DNA from: an uncultured Clostridia bacterium
GTDB taxonomy: Bacteria > Bacillota > Clostridia > Christensenellales > UBA1242
Direction: 5' to 3'
Length of the DNA stretch: 64,000 bases
Assembly: GCA_944381205.1 (NCBI GenBank)
Contig: CALWKG010000002.1
Span: forward strand, 20,464-84,463
Shown: in pieces, positions 8,736 to 17,268 of the stretch
How the letters are laid out: each line of letters opens with the position of its first letter
How positions within the stretch are numbered: the stretch's first letter is position 1
Translations under genes and position numbers: made by a program
Notes under the pieces: generated by a model
What the model saw: only the letters and a program-made list of their open reading frames with translations
What the model was told of the DNA's origin: nothing
Database searches by the model: none

Positions 8736-11348
8736 TTATTTACAAATTAACATTATTAATTTTAATATGCTTGTAGTTGCCGGGTAAGATATAAAGTAAA
8801 TTAAGAATAGAAGAAGGATTATACCAAAAGTCACTACTATAAAATTTTTATTAATTTTTTCTATATATTTATAAATCAATATTCCTATTACAAATAGTAT
8901 TGAGCCAATTATTACGGCAAGCAAAATATATTTATAAATAGGGTTATTAAACACTATTTCAATATTACTTTCTCCTTCTGGTAAATCAAGGGTTAAAAAA
9001 GATAAAAATTTATTAGAAAATTCGGTTTTTTCTCCATTTACATATACAGCATATCCATTTATATTTGAGAACGGAATAATGATGGTTGTGGGGTTACTTA
9101 AATTAACGGTTGTAGATATTTTGTTGTAATCTACACTATAATAATTTGTCTCATTCATAAAACTTTGACATTGTGTTTCAACTAAATTATAAATCAAATC
9201 TAAGTCTAAAATATAAAACTCAAATGAGTTTAAATCAATTTTGTCTTGTAAATATAATTTATTGTCATCTGGGTTGGTATTTAGTTCTACAAAACAATCG
9301 TATGTTATTGTGCAATCGTTTAAATACAAGTATTTTGGTTCGTTGTTTGTTTTAAAATAAAGGTAAAGCAATGTATTTTCGTCTTGAACAATAGAACTAT
9401 AATCAATATAACAGTCGTAGGAAGTTTTTGTTGGAATTAATTTGTTGTCTTTAATTTCTACATTATGCTTTACACCATCTAAATCATAGTCAAGTTCTAT
9501 TTTTTGTAGTAGTTCGCCTTGTCCGCCTAGGGCTTCAAAAATACTTTGCTGTGTCTTTACTAAATTATCAGAAATTTCAACTTCTTTAAAAAGAGATAAT
9601 ATCGGGGTTTTAAAGTAAGTATTTTCGTACAGGTATAATCCGTTTTTGCTATCTAAAAATCTTAAATAAGGTCTATCAACAGCATAGGGGTAGATATAGT
9701 ACTTATTGTTCACTACTAGGTCAGATAAAATTGTTCCTGAAAAGGACAAGCAATTTGTATTGCTTGATTGATAGCCTAAATTTGCCATACCATGTAAACT
9801 ATTTGCGTCTGCAAGAGAAGAAAAAGACTGTATGCTAGATACCCCATAAGTAGTTTGGTTAAAAGAATAGTAGTCACTAGAAAAAACTTTAATCCTGTCT
9901 TGTTTTTCAAGATTTTGTTCACTTACCATAGTTTTAATTGCATAGTATTCGTCAGTAGGTAAAATTCCGCCAGAAAAAAAAGTTGTACTGTTAAGTCCTA
10001 CTAAGCATAAAGTGGTTATAAGACAAATTGTTAAAAAATGCTTACCTATATATGAATTTATAATGAGAGATATTATAACTGGTAGTATAGTAAGTATTGC
10101 AAGTGCTAGCCACGCACAAAAATAGGTAAGTGGAGCATATTGATAGGCAAGTTCTTCGGATAGTTGCGGGGCAATAATTATGGTACAAACTATCGTTATA
10201 GCCATAAAAACAATGCAAAAGATATAACTAAACCAAGTAAAAGTTTTGCTAATTTTTTCTTTTGCAGTGTAGGTTTCTAAATATTTTGATGCAAGTATTA
10301 GTGTTAAAAAAGCCCCGACAAAGCCAAATCGTGAATAATAGCCATATATACTACCCGCGTTAAAGTTTATTAATATTTCAGTGCAAAAGATTGTCAATAA
10401 AGTTAAAAAAGATGAAAAGATTAAAAATTTGTTTAAAGGTTCTTTTTTGTCACATTTAATTAAAAATGATACTGCAAAGATTATGGTTACACCTTCTGCA
10501 ATTGCAGTTAAAGCAAGGCTTGGTATTATGCTATAATTTGTAGTGTTAAGATTGATAGAATTACCTATATTTCTGCCTGAATTTAAAAATGTAATAAGGC
10601 TAGGTAAAAGTATTGGCAAAGCCATAACAATTCCCAAAAAAGTAGCAATAAGCGTTCTGGAAATTACAAAATGCCGGTCTTCTTTTTTTTCTACTATAAA
10701 GACATAAGCCCCAAATAGAATAAAGATATATAAAAGCGAAAAACTACCAACATAAAAGCAACTTAAAATCATACAAAAAATTATAATAGCCACAGGAATA
10801 ATGTTTCCGTTTGATTTCATTTTTATAAAAAAATGTACTAGTAGTGGTGTATATATTAGATAATCTAGAAAGGACAAAAATGTGTACATCATAAACATAT
10901 ATCCGCAAAAAGTGTAGGAAAGAGATAGTATTATGATGTTTATGGTATTTAGTTTTGGAAAATATTTTTTTATAAACCAAATGGCTGTGCAGCAAATTGT
11001 TACTAGTTTTAAAACAAACACGATATTTATAGAAAAATACAAATTACCCTCTCCGCCCAGTAAAAGAAGAAGGTTAAATGGGCTTAGTATAAAATAAATT
11101 AAGTATCCAAAGGTGTTTGCCCCAGCAAGAAAAGATTCCGAATAAAATAGCGGGGATTCACCCTTTAAAAAATCAAAGATAGTCTCGCTAATAGGTATTA
11201 TTTGGGCTATCATATCGTAATGTGCAATTGTGTTAGTTCCAAATGGGAAAGCGGAAAAAACAGCATATAAAGCGATAAAAACCATAAGAATAATAAGGGA
11301 AGTTATGAAGTATTCCTTATTAGTTTTAAAAAAGTTTTTAGTCTTCAA
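8736..11348 (-). CDS. yfhO: YfhO family polytopic membrane glycosyltransferase
   Basis: 870 aa with many TM segments. The N-terminal region (FPFGTNTIAHYDMIAQIIPISETIFDFLKG, FYSESFLAGANTFGY) is typical of YfhO. TTG start with AGGAG 9 nt upstream; overlaps the upstream GT2 gene by 11 nt. Confidence 0.8.
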   Translation of the reverse strand: MKTKNFFKTNKEYFITSLIILMVFIALYAVFSAFPFGTNTIAHYDMIAQIIPISETIFDFLKGESPLFYSESFLAGANTFGYLIYFILSPFNLLLLLGGEGNLYFSINIVFVLKLVTICCTAIWFIKKYFPKLNTINIIILSLSYTFCGYMFMMYTFLSFLDYLIYTPLLVHFFIKMKSNGNIIPVAIIIFCMILSCFYVGSFSLLYIFILFGAYVFIVEKKEDRHFVISRTLIATFLGIVMALPILLPSLITFLNSGRNIGNSINLNTTNYSIIPSLALTAIAEGVTIIFAVSFLIKCDKKEPLNKFLIFSSFLTLLTIFCTEILINFNAGSIYGYYSRFGFVGAFLTLILASKYLETYTAKEKISKTFTWFSYIFCIVFMAITIVCTIIIAPQLSEELAYQYAPLTYFCAWLALAILTILPVIISLIINSYIGKHFLTICLITTLCLVGLNSTTFFSGGILPTDEYYAIKTMVSEQNLEKQDRIKVFSSDYYSFNQTTYGVSSIQSFSSLADANSLHGMANLGYQSSNTNCLSFSGTILSDLVVNNKYYIYPYAVDRPYLRFLDSKNGLYLYENTYFKTPILSLFKEVEISDNLVKTQQSIFEALGGQGELLQKIELDYDLDGVKHNVEIKDNKLIPTKTSYDCYIDYSSIVQDENTLLYLYFKTNNEPKYLYLNDCTITYDCFVELNTNPDDNKLYLQDKIDLNSFEFYILDLDLIYNLVETQCQSFMNETNYYSVDYNKISTTVNLSNPTTIIIPFSNINGYAVYVNGEKTEFSNKFLSFLTLDLPEGESNIEIVFNNPIYKYILLAVIIGSILFVIGILIYKYIEKINKNFIVVTFGIILLLFLIYFISYPATTSILKLIMLICK

Positions 11349-12267
11349 AGTTTATCTTCTCCTTAATAATATATGTTGGTCTGTTTCTTGTTTGGTCAAA
11401 AATATTTGCCAAATATAATCCCAGTACACCTATAAAAATACATATCAGTGAGGTCAATATGGTAAAGCAGGGGATAAGCCAAAAATAGTTTAAATTATGT
11501 GCAAAAATTTCTACAAAAGTAAAGGAAACAAAGGTAATTATGCTCAGTACAAAGAGCAAAATCCCCACATAAAAAGATATATAAAGGGGAGTTTTTGTTG
11601 TATTTACAATCATATTTTTTGCCGTTAAAAACATCTTTTTATAATTGTATTTTGTTTTGCCAAATTCTCGTTTTTGCCTATCTGTTAAAAGGGTTTTAGT
11701 CTTAAAACCAACGTATAAAATTTGGGATTTTATATTAATATTAGTGTCGTTTAAAGATAAAATTGCATCAACCACCTTTCTGTCAAACAAATAAAAACTA
11801 GCCAAATTGTCCAAATGTTTTACTCCTAGTTTTCGTAAGGTTTTATAAAACATAGATGCTGTCAATTTTTTTAGAAATTTATCTTTTCGTTCTCGCCTTT
11901 TTAGTAGTACAATGTCTATGTCGTTATTATCCCATTCATTTAGCATATTTATTATGTTCTGTTCGCTTTCCTGCATATCGATGTCAAGGCTTATACAACA
12001 ATTACCATTTGAATACTTTAATCCAGCCAGTATAGCGTTATCCTGCCCAAAATTTCGTGAAAGGCTTAAAAGTTTAACATTTTTATTAGTATTGCATAAG
12101 GTTTTTACTTTTTCTTCGCTATCATCTGTTGACCCATCGCTTACGAAAATTATCTCATAGTCATATTTTGTCTTTTGCATAACATCAGATAATTTGTTAA
12201 ATGCCATAAAGATATTTTCACTTTCGTTTAAAATGGGTAGAATTATTGATACAAGTTTTTTACTCAT
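11338..12267 (-). CDS. GT2 polyprenyl-phosphate glycosyltransferase (CsbB/GtrB-like)
   Basis: VSIILPILNESENI and FVSDGSTDDS are GT-A motifs. Two C-terminal TM helices are present. It is translationally coupled to yfhO, as in the Bacillus csbB-yfhO pairing. Confidence 0.8.
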   Translation of the reverse strand: MSKKLVSIILPILNESENIFMAFNKLSDVMQKTKYDYEIIFVSDGSTDDSEEKVKTLCNTNKNVKLLSLSRNFGQDNAILAGLKYSNGNCCISLDIDMQESEQNIINMLNEWDNNDIDIVLLKRRERKDKFLKKLTASMFYKTLRKLGVKHLDNLASFYLFDRKVVDAILSLNDTNINIKSQILYVGFKTKTLLTDRQKREFGKTKYNYKKMFLTAKNMIVNTTKTPLYISFYVGILLFVLSIITFVSFTFVEIFAHNLNYFWLIPCFTILTSLICIFIGVLGLYLANIFDQTRNRPTYIIKEKINFED

Positions 12268-12528
12268 AATTTTTTCCTTAACTTTTTATTGTATTATTTC
12301 AAAAAAAGATTAATTTTACAAAAAAATAATTAATGTTAAATTGCGTAGATACAAAAAAATATTTCATTGTAAAAAATTGTTGTAAATAGTAACGTGACTT
12401 TCTTTAATAAGTTAAGTATAAGTTAATAGTAAATTATTGTCAATTTTATATGATACTTATTGTAAGTTTATGTTTGACAAATTTTAAAATTAAATTTATT
12501 CTATTCTTGTTGTTTGCGGAGGATATAA

Positions 12529-12972
12529 ATGGACTTTACAAAACAAATGCTAAATGAAATTCTTGTAAAACTATTCAATGCTGTTTTGTTTAGTGAAGAA
12601 GATTTTTTAAAGAAGAATATAAACGATAAAATAACATTAAAAAGTGTTCACGTTTTAGAAGCAATTAAAAAGGCGGAAGGTAAAGATAATAATGTTTCTA
12701 TGAGCCAAATTGCAAGTGTACTGGGAATCACCGCGGGGACATTAACCACGATGATAAAAAAACTAGAAGACAAGGATTATATTGTAAAAAGACAATCAAA
12801 AGATGATAAAAGAAAAACCTTTGTTGTACTCACTAAAAAGGCAGAAAAAGTCATAGATGTTCATAATAGTTATCACGAAAATATGATTGATATGATAACT
12901 CGCAACCTTAGCCCAAAGGAAGAACAGAGTTTAGTAGATTTGTTGTCTAAAATTAAATACTTTTTTATGTAA
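12529..12972 (+). CDS. MarR family transcriptional regulator
   Basis: 147 aa. The winged-helix region SMSQIASVLGITAGTLTTMIKKLEDKDYIVKRQSKDDKRKTFVVLTKKAEK is present. GGAGG SD. Confidence 0.8.
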   Translation: MDFTKQMLNEILVKLFNAVLFSEEDFLKKNINDKITLKSVHVLEAIKKAEGKDNNVSMSQIASVLGITAGTLTTMIKKLEDKDYIVKRQSKDDKRKTFVVLTKKAEKVIDVHNSYHENMIDMITRNLSPKEEQSLVDLLSKIKYFFM

Positions 12973-12994
12973 AAATTACAATTAATTCTAAAAT

Positions 12995-13042
12995 AGTTTG
13001 ATAATCAAAATAATTTTAAAAAAATAGTTTGACTATCAAACT
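12995..13042 (+). promoter_or_regulatory. two copies of a 17-bp palindrome (AGTTTGA-N3-TCAAA[A/C]T) between marR and degV
   Basis: Copies at 12995-13011 and 13026-13042, both preceded by AAAAT, with centres 31 bp apart. The second copy is followed by T8, so it could also act as the marR terminator. Confidence 0.5.
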
Positions 13043-13085
13043 TTTTTTTGATATAACTATTGCGGTAAAAAAGGAAAATGATAAT

Positions 13086-13958
13086 ATGAAAATAGCAATA
13101 GTTACAGATACTAATAGCGGGATTACCCCAGAAGAAGCAAAAAAATTAGATATAAAGGTTATCCCTATGCCGTTTCTAATTGATGGCGAAGAATTTTTTG
13201 AAGACGTTAACTTAAATCAGGAGCAATTTTATGAAAAATTACTTAAAGGGGCAGATGTGTCTACTAGTCAGCCTAGTATTGCAGGGGTAACACAAGTTTG
13301 GAAGGATTTATTAAAGGATTACGATGCGGTACTTCATATTCCTATGAGTAGTGGTCTTTCTGCTAGTTGTGAAACGGCACAAAGTTTTGCCAAAGAGTTT
13401 GGTGGTAGGGTGCAGGTGGTAGATAATAAACGTATTTCTGTTACACTTAAACGCGCTGTTTATGATGCTATTAACTTAATAAAACAAGGTAAAACGGCGG
13501 AAGAAATTAAGCAAATATTAGAAGAAACCGGTAAAAATTCTACCATATATATTATGCTTTCCACCTTAAAATATCTTAAAAAGGGTGGAAGGATAACCCC
13601 AGCCGCAGCATTGCTTGGTAAAGTACTTGGGATAAAACCAGTGCTACAAATACAAGGGGCAAAGTTGGATAAATTTGCACAAGTTTTAAGTTTTGCCCAA
13701 GGTAGAAAAAAAATGATTGACCAAACAATCAAAGATATTACTACCAGATTTAAAGATTTGTACGAAAATAAACAATTAGAGGTTGAAATGGCTTATACCT
13801 ATGATAAGGATAAAATAGAAACATTCAGACAAGAAGCCAATAAAGCACTAAAAAAATATGATTTACAAGTCAAGGAAGTAGACCCACTTAGTTTATCAAT
13901 TTCTTGCCATATAGGTGAAGGCGCTATTGCTATTGCAGTAACCCAAGTTATAGAATAA
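13086..13958 (+). CDS. DegV family fatty-acid-binding protein (FakB-like)
   Basis: MKIAIVTDTNSGITPEEAKKLDI, STSQPS and YLKKGGRI match DegV. ATG 13086 has AAGGAA upstream. The track start TTG 13029 lies inside the palindrome/terminator and is unlikely. Confidence 0.85.
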   Translation: MKIAIVTDTNSGITPEEAKKLDIKVIPMPFLIDGEEFFEDVNLNQEQFYEKLLKGADVSTSQPSIAGVTQVWKDLLKDYDAVLHIPMSSGLSASCETAQSFAKEFGGRVQVVDNKRISVTLKRAVYDAINLIKQGKTAEEIKQILEETGKNSTIYIMLSTLKYLKKGGRITPAAALLGKVLGIKPVLQIQGAKLDKFAQVLSFAQGRKKMIDQTIKDITTRFKDLYENKQLEVEMAYTYDKDKIETFRQEANKALKKYDLQVKEVDPLSLSISCHIGEGAIAIAVTQVIE

Positions 13959-14147
13959 AATTGGGTGTTTTTTATAAAATCAAACAAAATCTTCTGTAAA
14001 AAAATATTTATCTCTGATAAAGAGATAAAGTAGTTAAGCAAAACAAATATAATTTCTATCAAATTCGGTCCGATTCCATTTTATATTATCTAAGGTATAA
14101 ATAAAGTTTTAGTTGCAATAAATTGATATAAGTAAAAAATTAAATAG

Positions 14148-14198
14148 ATAGTTTTTAAAAAATCCACACAGTAAAGGCTAACACTTTTGAAACTAGCG
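14148..14198 (+). repeat. left arm of the inverted repeat
   Basis: ATAGTTTTTAAAAAATCCACACA-gtaaag-GCTAACACTTTTGAAACTAGCG. Confidence 0.8.
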
Positions 14199-14230
14199 AA
14201 AAAGACTAAGTAAAAAACTTAGTCTTTTTT
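14199..14230. terminator. hairpin + T-run between the left repeat arm and the HNH stop codon
   Basis: AAAGACTAAG-TAAAAAA-CTTAGTCTTT with flanking A and T runs, so it is usable on either strand. Confidence 0.7.
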
Positions 14231-14235
14231 ATAAA

Positions 14236-15051
14236 TTAATATGAATCACCTTTATTTTTGTTACATCTCCTACAAAGCGTTTGTAAATTATCATATGTGC
14301 TTTTCCCGCCTTTTGCGATAGGTTTTATATGATCAATTTCCAAATAATCAGCATCTTCACTTCTTCCACAATAACAACATCTATAACCATCTCTTTTATA
14401 AATGGCGAATCTCATTTTATTTGAAACCCTTCCTCTTTCAACTCTACATAATGCATCCCAAATTCCTTTATCATTATAAAATTCATAATTTTTATTATTT
14501 AATCGTTTTATTAATGTTTCAACTTCTTCTGTTGTAAAGATTTGTTCTTTTTTAGCATAAATATATCCATTAATTTTTGAACAATATAAAACAATCTGTA
14601 TATATAGAACTCTTTTGGGATTTAATACTTTTTGCTTAAATAGTTTCTTTTCTAGTTTTAGTAAATATTCCACATTTAATTTTTCTTCATCTTTATATTT
14701 GCCAAAATCACTTATTTTTGTTAACTCATTAATATATTTTTCATACAAAGTGATGTTATACTTAATGCTTTTTATTGCATTTTCTATTTCAAATTTTTTG
14801 AATTGTAATTGATATATAAGGTAATCTTCGCAAGAAATATTATTAAAAAATGTTTCATTATCATATGTGTGGGTGTCAAAAAAGTCATTTGATATATTAA
14901 CAAATTTAAAATTATCATTTAATTTTAATAATTTGTTTAAAGCAAAACTATTATTTAAAAGGTATCTAATGTATTTACTTTGTCTAACTTTGAATATGAT
15001 GAAAATTGTACTAACAATTAACACTAATCCTAAAAATATAAAAATTTCCAC
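14236..15051 (-). CDS. membrane-anchored HNH (His-Me finger) endonuclease
   Basis: 271 aa, GTG start with AAAGGAGAG SD. N-terminal TM helix IFIFLGLVLIVSTIFIIF. The C-terminus YRCCYCGRSEDADYLEIDHIKPIAKGGKSTYDNLQTLCRRCNKNKG is a canonical HNH motif. Confidence 0.8.
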   Translation of the reverse strand: MEIFIFLGLVLIVSTIFIIFKVRQSKYIRYLLNNSFALNKLLKLNDNFKFVNISNDFFDTHTYDNETFFNNISCEDYLIYQLQFKKFEIENAIKSIKYNITLYEKYINELTKISDFGKYKDEEKLNVEYLLKLEKKLFKQKVLNPKRVLYIQIVLYCSKINGYIYAKKEQIFTTEEVETLIKRLNNKNYEFYNDKGIWDALCRVERGRVSNKMRFAIYKRDGYRCCYCGRSEDADYLEIDHIKPIAKGGKSTYDNLQTLCRRCNKNKGDSY

Positions 15052-15073
15052 AAATCTCTCCTTTAACAGAAAT

Positions 15074-15082
15074 ATTATAGCA
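15074..15082 (-). promoter_or_regulatory. extended -10 (TGCTATAAT) for the HNH gene
   Basis: The reverse complement of 15074-15082 reads TGCTATAAT, about 25 nt upstream of the GTG. The -35 is only weak (TTCAAC, 19-nt spacer). Confidence 0.45.
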
Positions 15083-15140
15083 CATATTTTATAAAAAAGT
15101 TGAAAATATACAAAAATTTCTAAAAAATATTAAATGGCAT

Positions 15141-15478
15141 TTAAACGTGCGCTTGTCTTGATACAAGTGCTGTCGCTTCAATCCAGCAGACAAGCACACG
15201 CAAATAATCTAATTGTGTTGCAAAAAGAGCGGTTGCTGGCATGGCGTAACGCAATCCGCTCTTTTGCTTTTTTATTTTCTTCTCTCTATTTTCTAGTGTA
15301 AGCGAATATTCTTTGTTGTCAAGGTTAAAGTGCATGTCAAAAGATTTGTAGATGTTGTGTTTCTTACGACAACCTATGACAACGGCAGAGATATTCGCTT
15401 TATTTTGCAGTTAAGAGAGAGTTAGGAGAAAAAAGAAAACATAGTCAGTTTTTCGTCTATGTTTCTCTTTATTTATTC
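15141..15478. ncRNA. unassigned GC-enriched, heavily base-paired non-coding segment (candidate structured RNA; strand unresolved)
   Basis: Complementary pairs: 15146-15158/15188-15200 (12 of 13 bp), 15225-15232/15256-15263 (8 bp, T-rich tail), 15281-15287/15414-15420 (TCTCTCT/AGAGAGA), 15301-15309/15391-15399 (9 bp), 15437-15444/15457-15464. My hand count gives about 45% G+C for 15141-15240, against an AT-rich background. Confidence 0.35.
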
Positions 15479-15532
15479 CGCTAGTTTCAAAAGTTAGCGA
15501 TTAAAATGTGTGGATTTTTTTAAAAAAACTAT
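15479..15532 (-). repeat. right arm of the inverted repeat
   Basis: The reverse complement reads ATAGTTTTTTTAAAAAAATCCACACA-ttttaatc-GCTAACTTTTGAAACTAGCG. Confidence 0.8.
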
Positions 15533-15549
15533 AAAAAAACTATAAAATT

Positions 15550-17259
15550 TTACATTTTTTCTAGTGGTTTTATTGCAAGTAAATCAAATATCTTTTGTAA
15601 AATGTTTATAACAAAAATAGTTTGTTTATACATGGAGTATTTTTTATTTAGATTTTTTTCGCCAATAATACTTGTTTTAGTATAAAAACTATTAAAATCG
15701 TTTGCTAGTGTGTAAGCATAGTCGCACAAGATATTTGGGCTTAGTTGTTTATAAGATTCTATAACCATATTGCAGAAATTTATTAGGGTTAAAAGTAGTT
15801 TTTTATCGCATAAACTTGCATCAAAAGCCCCGTCGATAGTTCCTACCTTTCGTATAATAGATTTTGCTCTTGTTAATGTGTATAAAAGATAAGGGCCGGT
15901 TTTTCCTTCAAAGGAGCAAAACTTGTCTGGGTCAAAGACGTAATCTTTTGTGCGCAGTATTGATAAATCTGCAAACTTTAATGCTGAAATTGCAACCGCA
16001 TCTAAAACGTCATTGTCAGTCGATTTTTGGGAAGCGGAAGATTTTACTTCGTTTATTAAATCTTCTAATTTCATAACTCCGCCATCACGTGTTTTGTAGG
16101 GTTTGCCATCTTTACCGTTCATTGTGCCAAAGCCTGCAAATGTCAATTCCATACTTTCTGGTACTAGGTGGTATTTTTTTGCAACTCTAAATAAAGAAAC
16201 AAAGTGAAGTTCTTGTCTATTATCTACAACATATATAACCTTTTGAGCATTATATTTTTTGTATCTATCAATTAATGTTGCTAAATCGGTAGTAGAGTAT
16301 AAAACACTGCCATCAGATTTTTTTAGCATAAATGGTGGAATTTCTTTTGTATCAGTGTCTTCCTTTATATCTACAATTAAAGCCCCTTCACTTTCGTATG
16401 CGTAATTGTTTTTTACAAAAAAATTAATCACATCGTCATAACTACCCCTTGTGTCACTCTCGCCCAACCACAAGTCAAAGTGGACATTTAGTTGATTATA
16501 GTTCTTTTTTAAATCTGCCACAGAAACATCTAAAATGTGTTTCCAAAGAGCAAAGTACCCTCTGTGCCCGTGCTGTAAATCATAGGTGATTTGTTTTGCT
16601 TCCTTCATATAATCTTCATTTTCTTTGGCTCGTTTGCTGGCTTGCGGGTAAAGGGTTTCTAAATCTTTTATTGTTACAGGAGATTGTTTTGGGTATTCGC
16701 CTGTATAGTTTTCGGCAAAATAGGGAAGGTCAGGGTGAAGTCTTTTTATTTCGCTAATTACCATTCCCATTTGAAGCCCCCAATCTCCTAGGTGAACATC
16801 TCCTAAGGTGTCACAGCCAACATATTTACAAATTCTCTTTATGCTTTCACCTATATTTGCGCTTCTTAAATGTCCTACGTGTAGGGGTTTTGCCACATTT
16901 GCTCCGCCATAGTCAACTATTATTTTTTTACTCTCCACATTTTTTTTTACAATGTTGTCGACTTCTTCTATGTATTTTGGGACATAATCAGACAAGAATT
17001 TGTCATCTAAAACTATGTTTATATACCCTCCGGTTATACTTGCCGATTTTATTGCCTTATTTTGCAAAAAGGATATGATTTCACTAGCGATTTCAAAAGG
17101 TTTTTTGTGATAAATTTTGGCTAATTTCATAGCATCTACACATTGATAGTCCCCCATACTTTCTATTGCGCAAGGTGTTGCTGTAAGGGTTTCATTATAT
17201 CCTGCCTGTTTAGAAGCAATTGTTAATGCTTGTGATAAAATATTTGATATGGTTTGCAT
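15550..17259 (-). CDS. argS: arginine--tRNA ligase
   Basis: 569 aa. ANVAKPLHVGHLRS is the HIGH motif. Overall ArgRS layout with a C-terminal anticodon-binding (DALR-type) region. The SD AGGAG overlaps the stop codon of the upstream permease gene. Confidence 0.9.
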   Translation of the reverse strand: MQTISNILSQALTIASKQAGYNETLTATPCAIESMGDYQCVDAMKLAKIYHKKPFEIASEIISFLQNKAIKSASITGGYINIVLDDKFLSDYVPKYIEEVDNIVKKNVESKKIIVDYGGANVAKPLHVGHLRSANIGESIKRICKYVGCDTLGDVHLGDWGLQMGMVISEIKRLHPDLPYFAENYTGEYPKQSPVTIKDLETLYPQASKRAKENEDYMKEAKQITYDLQHGHRGYFALWKHILDVSVADLKKNYNQLNVHFDLWLGESDTRGSYDDVINFFVKNNYAYESEGALIVDIKEDTDTKEIPPFMLKKSDGSVLYSTTDLATLIDRYKKYNAQKVIYVVDNRQELHFVSLFRVAKKYHLVPESMELTFAGFGTMNGKDGKPYKTRDGGVMKLEDLINEVKSSASQKSTDNDVLDAVAISALKFADLSILRTKDYVFDPDKFCSFEGKTGPYLLYTLTRAKSIIRKVGTIDGAFDASLCDKKLLLTLINFCNMVIESYKQLSPNILCDYAYTLANDFNSFYTKTSIIGEKNLNKKYSMYKQTIFVINILQKIFDLLAIKPLEKM

Positions 17260-17268
17260 AAAAATCTC

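Larger units (their letters stand above)
14148..15532. mobile_element. putative inverted-repeat-bounded cassette (HNH gene + structured non-coding segment)
   Basis: Imperfect inverted repeats at 14148-14198 and 15479-15532. Each is followed on its inner side by a hairpin and T-run. No transposase, integrase or RT is present. Confidence 0.3.

Noticed and set aside
13029-13085. TTG-initiated N-terminal extension of the DegV ORF.
   Set aside because: The TTG lies inside the palindrome and T-run element. The DegV homology starts at MKIAIVTD (ATG 13086), which has its own SD.
15146-15270. A group II intron 5' end (GTGCG at 15147-15151), with 15225-15263 as a domain-V-like hairpin.
   Set aside because: There is no reverse transcriptase or maturase ORF. 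The hairpin lacks the 34-nt domain V geometry and tetraloop, and the HNH ORF is on the opposite strand.
15141-15335. 64-aa minus-strand ORF inside the structured segment.
   Set aside because: It has no SD and an odd composition, and it coincides with long RNA-like helices. It is more likely non-coding.
14161-15514. DnaA-box-like AAATCCACA in both inverted-repeat arms, suggesting a replication origin.
   Set aside because: There are only two boxes, each 2 mismatches from TTATCCACA and 1.3 kb apart. No dnaA or dnaN is nearby and there is no clustered box array.
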